Both the position numbers and the translations under genes were made by a program. From contig NC_006576.1 in assembly GCF_000010065.1 (NCBI RefSeq), forward strand, positions 1,320,001 through 1,352,000: DNA of 32,000 bases. The letters run 5' to 3'. Within the stretch, counting starts at the first letter, position 1. Every line of letters begins with the position of its first letter. This DNA comes from Synechococcus elongatus PCC 6301. GTDB lineage: Bacteria > Cyanobacteriota > Cyanobacteriia > Synechococcales > Synechococcaceae. Below, piece by piece: positions 18,292 through 26,729 of this stretch. The notes below the pieces were generated by a model, which worked only from the letters and a program-made list of their open reading frames with translations, made no database searches and was not told where the DNA came from.

Positions 18292-18986
18292 CTATTCCGA
18301 CGTTGCTTTGTTCTTATTTTTGCTGATCGTGTAGGCCGCGATCGCAGCAGTGATCGAACTGAAGGTTCCGATCCCGCCCAGCATTAAAGCGATCGCGAGA
18401 ATCCGCCCCGCTGTCGTCACTGGATAGATGTCACCATAACCAACCGTTGTAATCGTCACAACCGTCCACCAAAAAGCATCCCAAAGGCTACTAACGTTTT
18501 CGTTGACATTCACTTCCATGTAGTAGAAGCCAAGGGCTGCTGACATCACGACCACGCCGCCTAGCGTTGCAATGTAGAGAAGGTAAGTTTTCTCAGCAAA
18601 ACGGGCAGAAGCCTCGAGAATAATGCGGAAGCGGACTAGAAATCGGACAAAGCGCAGTAGCCGTATCAGGCGAAAGAGTCGAACAATCCGGAGCCCGCGC
18701 AAGGCTTGAAATACAAAGTCATGATAGGAATTGAAGCGAGTAGCTCCCACCAATATTTACGGAAGAAAAGAACCTTATTCTCTGCGAGGAAGAAGCGGAC
18801 AAAAAACTCGATGAGAAAAATGCAGGCAATTACCGTATCGGCGACTTGAAGCGCGTAGGTTTGCTCTGGAGTATGAGCACTCAGCACTTCAAAAAAGAGC
18901 AGAAAGACATCAACCAACGCCAAAGCCACCATGAGCAAGTCATCGAGGATGCTCTTTTCAAGGGCGGTTTTGAGGTCTGAGGTCAT
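18292..18986 (-). pseudogene. 6TM voltage-gated-type K+ channel interrupted by a frameshift (two overlapping ORFs, 18666-18986 and 18292-18753)
   Basis: ORF1 encodes S1-S3 (…FFRKYWWELLASIP). ORF2, in another frame, encodes S4 (LRGLRIVRLFRLIRLLRFVRF), S5, the selectivity filter TVGYGD and S6. The frames meet at about 18720-18731. Confidence 0.75.
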
Positions 18987-19040
18987 GCCATATCGCGGCT
19001 AGGCCGAGGAGTCGCTTGTAGTCGCAGATGTCACTGAAGC

Positions 19041-19403
19041 CTAGTCTTGTTGCGATCGCCGATAGGCCAAAAGCCAATTGGTCATCGTGGCGCGGCGGGT
19101 TTTGCGAGGCACCAATTCATTGATCGAGTAACCCGCAAATCCTAGCTCCTCTTTGAGCAGTTGTTTATAAGGTGCTGGAATCGATCGCGTTAATTTGACC
19201 GTGGCAGGCCGACTAGCAATAAAGTCGGGCGGCTCTGGATAATCCTGTCGCCACTCAGGGGCGACTAGGTCCGTTTTCCAACAGGATTGGGCTTCATCCC
19301 AGACATAGCCCAAAGCCTGCCAAACCAAAGCATTGGCTTCGGCATCCGACAGCTCATCTTTGAGGATGGCCCAAAGCAACTCATCAGTAATTGTGATGCC
19401 CAT
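19041..19403 (-). CDS. Conserved cyanobacterial/plastid-lineage hypothetical protein (DUF1823-like by recollection)
   Basis: A 120-aa ORF whose ATG is preceded by GGGAAGGA. The sequence …YPEPPDFIASRPATVKLTRSIP…TRRATMTNWLLAY resembles the DUF1823 family as I remember it. This has not been verified by a search. Confidence 0.7.
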   Translation of the reverse strand: MGITITDELLWAILKDELSDAEANALVWQALGYVWDEAQSCWKTDLVAPEWRQDYPEPPDFIASRPATVKLTRSIPAPYKQLLKEELGFAGYSINELVPRKTRRATMTNWLLAYRRSQQD

Positions 19404-19426
19404 CCTGATTGAGGTCCTTCCCTATC

Positions 19427-19457
19427 AAAAAGGCTAAGGAGCGATCGCCCCTCAGCC
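19427..19457 (-). terminator. Rho-independent terminator after ccmK4
   Basis: On the minus strand GGCTGAGG pairs with CCTTAGCC over 8 bp, including one G:U that pairs only in the minus-strand RNA. A HIP1 site forms the inner stem or loop. TTTTT follows. Confidence 0.7.
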
Positions 19458-19487
19458 CAAATCAACCCTTTTAATCAGTCGCTACCC

Positions 19488-19829
19488 TTAACGGCGGCCA
19501 CTACCAGTTCCTTCGGCAGAGAGTCGATATTGTTCCACTTCTGGGCCAAAGCCGATCGGGAAGACCGCTTCCACGTTTTCATGCGGGCGAGGGATGATCA
19601 CCCACGTTTCGAGGGTGCCACCAGGCGTATTTTTCGCGGCTTCAATGCCCGCATCCATCGCCGTTTTGACTTCTGAGACATCCCCCCGAATGTTGACTGC
19701 AAAGCGAGCGCTACCGGCCCGCATGTAGCTCACAATCGTGATTCGGCCAGCTTTGACCATGGCATCAGCTGCCGCCAAGATTGGGGGAAAGCCCTTCGTT
19801 TCCAGCGAGCCAATTGCCTGCTGAGACAT
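19488..19829 (-). CDS. ccmK4: Carboxysome shell BMC-H protein CcmK4
   Basis: BMC domain: GSLETKGFPPILAAADAMVKAGRITIV…RGDVSEVKTAMDAG…IIPRPHENV. It has a C-terminal extension EQYRLSAEGTGSGRR. It is the second gene of a tandem ccmK pair. Confidence 0.92.
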   Translation of the reverse strand: MSQQAIGSLETKGFPPILAAADAMVKAGRITIVSYMRAGSARFAVNIRGDVSEVKTAMDAGIEAAKNTPGGTLETWVIIPRPHENVEAVFPIGFGPEVEQYRLSAEGTGSGRR

Positions 19830-19873
19830 CTCAAACTCCTTCGCGTCGCAGTGTCGATTGTAAAGTCCGTGGC

Positions 19874-20182
19874 TTAAGACCGAAAGGGCTCGGATTCAGC
19901 CGTGAAGTCGATCGGCATCACCGTTTCCACGTTTTCTTGTGGATTCGGGATGACGATGTAATTGATCAGCTCTGCCCCTTCGGTTTCAGCAACTGCTTTC
20001 AACCCTGCTTCAACAGCCGTTTCGACTTCCGAAACAGGTCCCCGCACCGAGACAAAGAATTGGGCACTTTCCGCCAATCCATACTGGGTGATGGTGACCC
20101 GAGCCGCTTTGACCATCGCATCTGCCGCAGCAATAATCGGCGGAAATCCGAGGGTTTGAATCGTTCCGACAGCAATTGGCAT
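19874..20182 (-). CDS. ccmK3: Carboxysome shell BMC-H protein CcmK3
   Basis: BMC domain starting MPIAVGTIQTLGFPPIIAAADAMVKAARVTI. The ATG at 20182 is the conserved CcmK start, and the ORF-track start at 20359 adds 59 non-conserved residues. The pore-loop reads LAES instead of KIGS. Confidence 0.9.
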   Translation of the reverse strand: MPIAVGTIQTLGFPPIIAAADAMVKAARVTITQYGLAESAQFFVSVRGPVSEVETAVEAGLKAVAETEGAELINYIVIPNPQENVETVMPIDFTAESEPFRS

Positions 20183-20259
20183 CAGCAAAAACCCCGATCG
20201 CAGCGGGATGGAAGAGCCATCAACATATTCTATGGGTAGAGTGTCCTTTCCTCGATGCT

Positions 20260-21264
20260 GTGGCTGAATTTGCCGTCGTTGACCGAGCGATTCCTGCTCA
20301 TTTACAAACGCCACTGCAGGTAGGTTCTCTGATTCTGCACAGTCGTGTCTTGCAATCACCGCTGGCGGGCGTCAGCGATCGCAGCTTTCGACAGCTCGTC
20401 CGGCGATCGGCTCCGCAGTCGCTGATTTTTGCCGAAATGGCGCATGCAGGCTTGCAATTAGCAGGGCGCGATCGTTGGGAATTTTTGCCCCATGAGCAAC
20501 CGATTGGCGCGCAGTTATTTGGTGATCAGCCAGCGACTTTAGCAGCAGCAGCGCAACAAGCCGAAGCAGCTGGAGCGGTTTGTATCGACCTGAACATGGG
20601 TTGTCCCGTCAGTAAAGTGACGCGCAAACGCGGTGGATCCGCGCTCCTCCGCGAGCCAGAACTGGCGATCGCGATCGTCCAAGCGGTGGCAGCAGCGGTC
20701 AGCATTCCCGTCACCGTCAAAACCCGCTTGGGCTGGGAGCAGGTGACCATTCTCGACTTCGCCCAACAGCTTGAAGCAGCAGGGGCACAACTGCTGACAC
20801 TTCATGGCCGCAGTCGCAGTCAGGGCTATAGCGGTCAGGCAGATTGGAACTGGATTACACGGGTCAAATCACGGCTGTCGATTCCCGTAATCGCCAATGG
20901 TGATATCAACTCGCCAGCAGATGCGATCGCCTGTCTCCAGCAAACGGGTGCGGATGGTGTGATGTGTGGGCGCGGTAGCCTCGGTAATCCTGGCTTAGTG
21001 GGCGCGATCGATCGCTCTCTCAAAACTGGAGAGCAAACACCGGAATTAGAGCTGCGCGATCGCCTGCAACTGGCGCGGGAACATCTGCTGCTGCTCTGGG
21101 AGGACAAAGGAGCAGCGGGACTCTTGCAAGCTCGCAAGCATTTGGGCTGGTATCTCGCGGATCAACCTGACTATCAAGACCTGCGTCAGCACCTCCTCCG
21201 CAGTGAGGATCTCAGCCAAAGTCTGGATTTATTGGATGCAGCAATCGCCTCTGTAGTCTGCTGA
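20260..21264 (+). CDS. dus: tRNA-dihydrouridine synthase
   Basis: Motifs SPLAGVSDRSFRQL, IDLNMGCPVSKV (catalytic Cys) and VTVKTRLGW. The start is uncertain. GTG at 20260 is the only canonical start just before the conserved core. The TTG at 20176 would overlap ccmK3. Confidence 0.85.
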   Translation: MAEFAVVDRAIPAHLQTPLQVGSLILHSRVLQSPLAGVSDRSFRQLVRRSAPQSLIFAEMAHAGLQLAGRDRWEFLPHEQPIGAQLFGDQPATLAAAAQQAEAAGAVCIDLNMGCPVSKVTRKRGGSALLREPELAIAIVQAVAAAVSIPVTVKTRLGWEQVTILDFAQQLEAAGAQLLTLHGRSRSQGYSGQADWNWITRVKSRLSIPVIANGDINSPADAIACLQQTGADGVMCGRGSLGNPGLVGAIDRSLKTGEQTPELELRDRLQLAREHLLLLWEDKGAAGLLQARKHLGWYLADQPDYQDLRQHLLRSEDLSQSLDLLDAAIASVVC

Positions 21265-21460
21265 TCACTTGGTAATTTCGACGGGTTTAGACTGCAATTT
21301 CCACTGGTTCTGTCAGTCCGGCTAGGGAGTTGCTCCCGTACTTCAAGGAAGCCGATCAACCAAGTTAGGATAGAGATTCCGGCAACATATCGGGGCTGAG
21401 GATGGTTTTGTTGCGGCCGCTCCCTCTGACCCGCCCACAAGCTTTCCAAGGAATCTGTCC

Positions 21461-22744
21461 GTGACTGAGACGAACTTCGACTTCCTCGCCCAAGGTGATC
21501 CGGCGATCGCGGCCATCATTGGTCGGGAACTGCAGCGCCAGCAAGAACACCTTGAACTGATCGCCAGCGAAAACTTTGCCTCACCAGCGGTGATGGCAGC
21601 TCAAGGCTCGGTGCTGACCAACAAGTATGCAGAAGGTCTGCCCAGCAAACGCTACTACGGCGGCTGTGAGTTCGTTGACCAAGCGGAAGAATTGGCGATC
21701 GAGCGGGCTAAAGAACTGTTCGGCGCAGCCCACGCCAACGTTCAGCCCCACAGCGGTGCTCAGGCCAACTTTGCGGTCTTCCTGACCCTGCTGCAACCGG
21801 GCGATACTTTCCTAGGCATGGACCTGTCCCACGGCGGGCACCTAACCCACGGCTCACCGGTTAACGTCTCGGGCAAATGGTTCAATGCTGGTCACTACGG
21901 CGTCAACCGTGAAACCGAGCGTCTGGATTACGATGCCATCCGCGAGCTCGCTCTGCAGCACCGTCCTAAACTGATCATCTGCGGCTACTCGGCTTATCCC
22001 CGCACCATCGACTTTGCCAAATTCCGCGAAATTGCTGATGAAGTCGGCGCATACTTGCTGGCGGACATGGCGCACATCGCCGGTTTAGTCGCTGCGGGCC
22101 TGCATCCTAGCCCAATTCCTCACTGCGATGTCGTCACGACAACCACCCACAAAACCCTGCGCGGCCCTCGTGGCGGCTTGATCCTGACGCGCGATGCGGA
22201 ACTCGGCAAGAAACTCGACAAATCCGTCTTCCCCGGCACCCAAGGGGGCCCGCTGGAGCACGTAATTGCTGCGAAAGCCGTCGCCTTCGGCGAAGCCCTA
22301 CGCCCTGAGTTCAAGACCTATTCAGCGCAAGTGATTGCCAACGCTCAAGCTTTGGCTCGTCAACTGCAAGCTCGCGGCCTCAAGATCGTCTCGGATGGCA
22401 CCGACAACCACCTCTTGCTCGTCGACCTGCGATCGATCGGCATGACCGGTAAAGTAGCTGATCTGTTGGTCAGCGATGTGAACATCACCGCCAACAAGAA
22501 CACGGTGCCCTTCGATCCCGAATCGCCGTTTGTCACCAGTGGCATTCGCCTGGGTACGGCAGCGATGACAACGCGGGGCTTCAAGGAAGCAGAATTTGCG
22601 ATCGTGGCAGACATTATTGCCGATCGCCTACTCAACCCCGAAGACAGCAGCATGGAAGACAGCTGCCGTCGCCGCGTCCTCGAATTATGCCAGCGCTTCC
22701 CGCTGTACCCGCACCTGTCACCCGCAACGCCGGTCGCGGTTTAG
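21461..22744 (+). CDS. glyA: Serine hydroxymethyltransferase
   Basis: Motifs LELIASENF and the PLP-lysine motif [14 protein letters not shown]. The start is GTG, with AAGGAA about 9 nt upstream. Confidence 0.96.
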   Translation: MTETNFDFLAQGDPAIAAIIGRELQRQQEHLELIASENFASPAVMAAQGSVLTNKYAEGLPSKRYYGGCEFVDQAEELAIERAKELFGAAHANVQPHSGAQANFAVFLTLLQPGDTFLGMDLSHGGHLTHGSPVNVSGKWFNAGHYGVNRETERLDYDAIRELALQHRPKLIICGYSAYPRTIDFAKFREIADEVGAYLLADMAHIAGLVAAGLHPSPIPHCDVVTTTTHKTLRGPRGGLILTRDAELGKKLDKSVFPGTQGGPLEHVIAAKAVAFGEALRPEFKTYSAQVIANAQALARQLQARGLKIVSDGTDNHLLLVDLRSIGMTGKVADLLVSDVNITANKNTVPFDPESPFVTSGIRLGTAAMTTRGFKEAEFAIVADIIADRLLNPEDSSMEDSCRRRVLELCQRFPLYPHLSPATPVAV

Positions 22745-22766
22745 GCCCTCCTATCGTCTTGCCATC

Positions 22767-23840
22767 ATGACAGCCCCGGCTGCGCCTACTTCGCTGTATC
22801 CGTTGTTGGCCTTTTGTGTCTCGGCCTTGGTGGTCGTCCTGACGACACCAGTGGTGCGTAGTCTTGGCCTGCAGCGGGGGCTAGTCGATCAGCCCGGTGA
22901 GCGCAAGGTTCACCATCGACCAATGGTGCGGCTGGGAGGCATTTCGATCTTTCTGGGCTCTTTAGCCGCCCTACTACTGACTTGGTGGCTAGGCGGTTTT
23001 GGCGTCCTGCCCTCCGATCGCGAATACGAAATCTGGGGCGTGACGATCGGTGGGCTGGTCTTCTTTTTGATTGGCCTCGCTGATGACTTTTTCTCGCTCT
23101 CACCGATCACGCGACTGCTGGCCCAGATGACGGTGGCTGCGGGTGTTTGGTTGGTGGGGGTCCGCATTGATCTCCTGACAATTCCCTTCGTCGGGGGCGT
23201 CTATGTACTGCCAGAGTGGCTGAGCCTGCCGGTCACGGTTCTCTGGCTAGTGGGCATGACCAATGCGATCAACTGGATTGATGGGCTCGATGGATTAGCC
23301 GCTGGAGTGTCGGGCATTTCCGCCGTTATTTTGCTGATCGTGGCGCTAGCCGTGCAGCAACCGGCTGCTGCGCTAGTTGCTGCTGCCTTAGCTGGGGGGT
23401 GCCTTGGCTTTCTGCGCTACAACTTCAACCCCGCGAAGATTTTCATGGGCGATGGCGGCTCCTACTTTATTGGCTTCACCTTGGCTGGGGTCGGGGTGAT
23501 TGGTCTGGTCAAAAGTCTGACAACGTTTGCGGTGCTACTGCCCTACTTGATTTTGGCAGTGCCGATGTTGGACATGGTGACGGTCATCCTCGATCGCTTG
23601 CGCAGCGGTCAATCGCCCTTCAAAGCCGATAAACGCCACCTCCACCATCGCCTGTTGGATGCGGGCTTTTCTCATCGCCGCACGGTCGTCCTAATCTATG
23701 GGCTGACCCTCTGTGCCGGGAGCTGGGCCCTCGCCTTCGCCAATATTCCTAGCGGCTACGCCTACGCGATCGCCTCAACCCTATTGGTGATTGTGCTGTT
23801 CTGGCGATCGCGGCAGCGATCGCGCCGTTCTCTTCCCTGA
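22767..23840 (+). CDS. MraY/WecA-family (glycosyltransferase family 4) polyprenyl-phosphate sugar-1-phosphate transferase
   Basis: A polytopic membrane protein with NAINWIDGLDGLA and MGDGGSYFIGF motifs. I chose the ATG at 22767. The ORF-track start at 22596 lies inside glyA. Confidence 0.85.
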   Translation: MTAPAAPTSLYPLLAFCVSALVVVLTTPVVRSLGLQRGLVDQPGERKVHHRPMVRLGGISIFLGSLAALLLTWWLGGFGVLPSDREYEIWGVTIGGLVFFLIGLADDFFSLSPITRLLAQMTVAAGVWLVGVRIDLLTIPFVGGVYVLPEWLSLPVTVLWLVGMTNAINWIDGLDGLAAGVSGISAVILLIVALAVQQPAAALVAAALAGGCLGFLRYNFNPAKIFMGDGGSYFIGFTLAGVGVIGLVKSLTTFAVLLPYLILAVPMLDMVTVILDRLRSGQSPFKADKRHLHHRLLDAGFSHRRTVVLIYGLTLCAGSWALAFANIPSGYAYAIASTLLVIVLFWRSRQRSRRSLP

Positions 23841-23849
23841 GCTTGATCA

Positions 23850-25115
23850 ATGTCTGATCCCCGTTATTGCGCCGAGATTATCAGTGTCGGCACAGAGCTG
23901 CTGCTCGGGAACATCCTCAACAGCAATGCTCAGTTTTTGGCCGAAGAACTGGCACAACTGGGAATTCCTCACTACTTCCAAACCGTGGTGGGCGACAACC
24001 GCGATCGCCTCCAGTCAGCGGTCAAAATCGCGGCGGAGCGATCGGGGCTGCTGATCTTCACAGGGGGGCTAGGGCCAACCCCCGATGACCTGACGACGGA
24101 AACCCTAGCAGCTTGCTTCGAGACGCACTTGGCTGAACGCCCCGAAGTCATCACTGACATTGAGGCAAAATTTACGCGGCGCGGACGGGTCTTGACCGAC
24201 AACAACCGCAAGCAGGCACTCTTACCGGTTGGAGCCGAATTGCTGCCCAATCCCAGCGGTACCGCCCCCGGCATGATCCGGTCGCCGCGATCGGGCCTAA
24301 CGCTGATGACCTTCCCCGGCGTACCCGCTGAAATGCGCCGGATGTGGACAGAAACAGCGGTGCCTTGGCTGCACCAAAACGACTGGTGTCGATCGATTCT
24401 GGTCAGTCGTTTGCTGCGTTTTTGGGGCATTTCCGAGTCAGCACTGGCTGAAAAAGTGGCGCCCTTCTTCGACCTGCAAAATCCAACGGTTGCACCCTAC
24501 GCTAACAACGGCGAGGTGAAGTTACGGATCACGGCAGCCGCAGCCTCTGAAGCAGAAGGGGTAGCCCTGATTGCGCCGATCGAGCAAGAACTGCGGGCGA
24601 TCGCAGGACGAGATTGCTACGGTGCTGACAACGACAGCTTGGCTTCGGTGGTCGGTGCGCTCCTGCACGATCGCGGTCAGACTTTGGCCGTCGCAGAATC
24701 CTGTACCGGCGGTGGTTTGGGTCAGTTGATCACGACAATTCCCGGCAGCTCCCAATGGTTTTGGGGCGGTGTGATCGCCTACGACAACCGTGTGAAACAA
24801 TCGCTCCTCAATGTCTCAGCGGAAACTTTGGCTGAAGCAGGGGCGGTCAGCGCAGTCGTCGCAGAACAGATGGCGATCGGCATCCAGCAGCGCCTAGGGA
24901 CGACCTGGGGCGTTTCCATCACCGGCATTGCGGGGCCGGATGGTGGCACGGAAACGAAGCCGGTGGGATTGGTCTACATCGGTATTGCAGGCCCAACAGG
25001 TTGCTTCGGCGTTGAACGGCGCTGGGGCGCTGAGCGCGGGCGTGACTGGGTCCGGCGCCTGAGTGCGGGTGAAGCACTCGATCAACTGCGGCGATCGCTG
25101 CTGAATTTGACCTAA
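23850..25115 (+). CDS. cinA: CinA-family protein (MoCF-type N-domain + PncC-type NMN amidase C-domain)
   Basis: N-domain motifs IISVGTELLLG and GGLGPTPDDLT. C-domain motifs AVAESCTGG and …SITGIAGPDGG. Confidence 0.9.
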   Translation: MSDPRYCAEIISVGTELLLGNILNSNAQFLAEELAQLGIPHYFQTVVGDNRDRLQSAVKIAAERSGLLIFTGGLGPTPDDLTTETLAACFETHLAERPEVITDIEAKFTRRGRVLTDNNRKQALLPVGAELLPNPSGTAPGMIRSPRSGLTLMTFPGVPAEMRRMWTETAVPWLHQNDWCRSILVSRLLRFWGISESALAEKVAPFFDLQNPTVAPYANNGEVKLRITAAAASEAEGVALIAPIEQELRAIAGRDCYGADNDSLASVVGALLHDRGQTLAVAESCTGGGLGQLITTIPGSSQWFWGGVIAYDNRVKQSLLNVSAETLAEAGAVSAVVAEQMAIGIQQRLGTTWGVSITGIAGPDGGTETKPVGLVYIGIAGPTGCFGVERRWGAERGRDWVRRLSAGEALDQLRRSLLNLT

Positions 25116-25124
25116 ATCGATCGC

Positions 25125-26729
25125 CTAATGAGTCAGTGCGATCGCCCGTTCTGGAATCAGGCGTGACTCGTACTCCTGACGGAACCAGCGCAGCGTACTA
25201 AGAATTGGGTTGGGAGCAGACATTCCCAAGCCACAGAGACTGGTGTCTTTGACCAAATAGCAAAGGTCTTCGAGCTGTTGGAGATCGATCGCGGTGCCTT
25301 GACCGCTAGATAACTTCCCGAGGAGCTCATGCAGTTGCACTGTGCCTGCCCGACAGGGAATGCATTTGCCACAGCTTTCGGAGCGGCAAAATTCCATGTA
25401 GAAGCGGGCGATCGCCACCATATCGGTGTTCTCGTCCATGACTACCATGCCGCCGGAACCCATCATTGATCCCAGTTGTATGAGTGAGTCGTAGTCGACC
25501 GGTGTATCCAATTGCGCTAAAGGAATGCAGCCGCCGGAAGGCCCGCCGGTTTGCACCGCTTTCACAGGGCTTTCGGGAATACCCATGCCATCGACGATCG
25601 ATCGCAGCGGAATGCCCATCGGCACTTCAATCAGGCCGTTGTTGCGCAGCTTACCAGTCAATGCAAAAACTTTCGTCCCCTTGCTGGTCGGCGTGCCGAT
25701 CGCCGCAAACCAGTCAGCGCTTTGCTCCACAATCGGGGCAATATTGGCAAAGGTTTCGACGTTATTGATCAGCGTTGGATGACCCCAGAGGCCCGACTCT
25801 GCCGGATAAGGCGGACGCACCCGAGGCACACCGCGCTCCCCTTGAATTGAGTGAATCAGCGCCGTTTCTTCGCCGCAGACAAAGGCACCCGCACCGATCC
25901 GCACCTCGAGATCAAAGCTGAAGCGGCTATCCAAGACACTGTTGCCCAGCAGCCCACGGCGGCGGGCTTGGCGAATGGCTTGATTGAGTCGTGCGATCGC
26001 TAGTGGATATTCCGCCCGCACGTAAAGGTAGCCAAAGTTCGCACCCACCGCATAGGCCGCGATCGCCATGCCCTCGATGACTTGATGGGGGTCGCTCTCT
26101 AGGACGCTGCGATCCATAAAAGCGCCGGGGTCGCCCTCATCGCCGTTGCAAACCACAAACTTGCGATCGCTGGGCATTTTGGCGACGGTCGCCCATTTCA
26201 AGCCGGTGGGATAGCCGCCACCGCCGCGCCCGCGCAGCCCACTAAGGCGAATAATCTCGGCGACTTCTGTTGGTGTTAAGTCAAAGATGGTGTGCATCAA
26301 AGCCCGATAGCCGCCCGCTGCCAGATAGCTTTCGAGGCGATCGGGATTGATCAAGCCGCTGTGGCGATTGACGATTTTCAGTTGTTGGCTAAAGAAGGGC
26401 TGAGCCTGATCAACTTCGGGTAGATCCATCGCTGCACCTTGAGCCGCCGCAACGAGATCCGCTGCCTGATCAGGACGGATGTCACTGTAGAGGCGATCGC
26501 TGGGATCACACTGCACCAGTGGCCCCGCACCACAGAGTCCCAAGCAACCGACGCTGACAGCCTCGCAGCGATCGCCCAAATTTTGATCGGCGATCGTCTG
26601 CTGTACTGCTTTAAAAACGGCCTCAGCACCGTTGGCACGACAACCCGTGGCTGTACAACAGCGCAGACGAATCGGCTTCTGGCAAGTCAGTTCCTCGTTA
26701 GCCAAACGCCCCAAATCTTCCCAATCCAT
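25125..26729 (-). CDS. hoxF: Bidirectional hydrogenase diaphorase subunit HoxF (NuoF-like, NAD/FMN/Fe-S)
   Basis: Motifs GRGGGGYPTGLKW, CNGDEGDPGAF and ESCGKCIPCR, plus an N-terminal Cys-rich thioredoxin-like domain. The ATG at 26729 overlaps the hoxE stop (TGATG). Confidence 0.9.
   Translation of the reverse strand: MDWEDLGRLANEELTCQKPIRLRCCTATGCRANGAEAVFKAVQQTIADQNLGDRCEAVSVGCLGLCGAGPLVQCDPSDRLYSDIRPDQAADLVAAAQGAAMDLPEVDQAQPFFSQQLKIVNRHSGLINPDRLESYLAAGGYRALMHTIFDLTPTEVAEIIRLSGLRGRGGGGYPTGLKWATVAKMPSDRKFVVCNGDEGDPGAFMDRSVLESDPHQVIEGMAIAAYAVGANFGYLYVRAEYPLAIARLNQAIRQARRRGLLGNSVLDSRFSFDLEVRIGAGAFVCGEETALIHSIQGERGVPRVRPPYPAESGLWGHPTLINNVETFANIAPIVEQSADWFAAIGTPTSKGTKVFALTGKLRNNGLIEVPMGIPLRSIVDGMGIPESPVKAVQTGGPSGGCIPLAQLDTPVDYDSLIQLGSMMGSGGMVVMDENTDMVAIARFYMEFCRSESCGKCIPCRAGTVQLHELLGKLSSGQGTAIDLQQLEDLCYLVKDTSLCGLGMSAPNPILSTLRWFRQEYESRLIPERAIALTH

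Noticed and set aside
21265-21460. A possible riboswitch (glycine, THF or ZTP class) in the 196-nt leader of glyA
   Set aside because: I could not find the conserved cores I remember for these classes, such as ACCGAAGGGGCAA-type glycine motifs or a CCGCCTGGGC-type ZTP 3' element. I saw only a short GGGAG-ttg-CTCCC hairpin. A covariance-model scan would be the decisive test.
22596-22766. Long N-terminal extensions offered by the ORF track: the WecA-like gene from 22596, glcD from 29227, glmU from 16811, secA from 16784, ccmK3 from 20359, mreB from 1369
   Set aside because: The extensions overlap the preceding gene or are Arg/Ser-rich non-conserved sequence. Internal starts coincide with conserved family N-termini and with better SD spacing.
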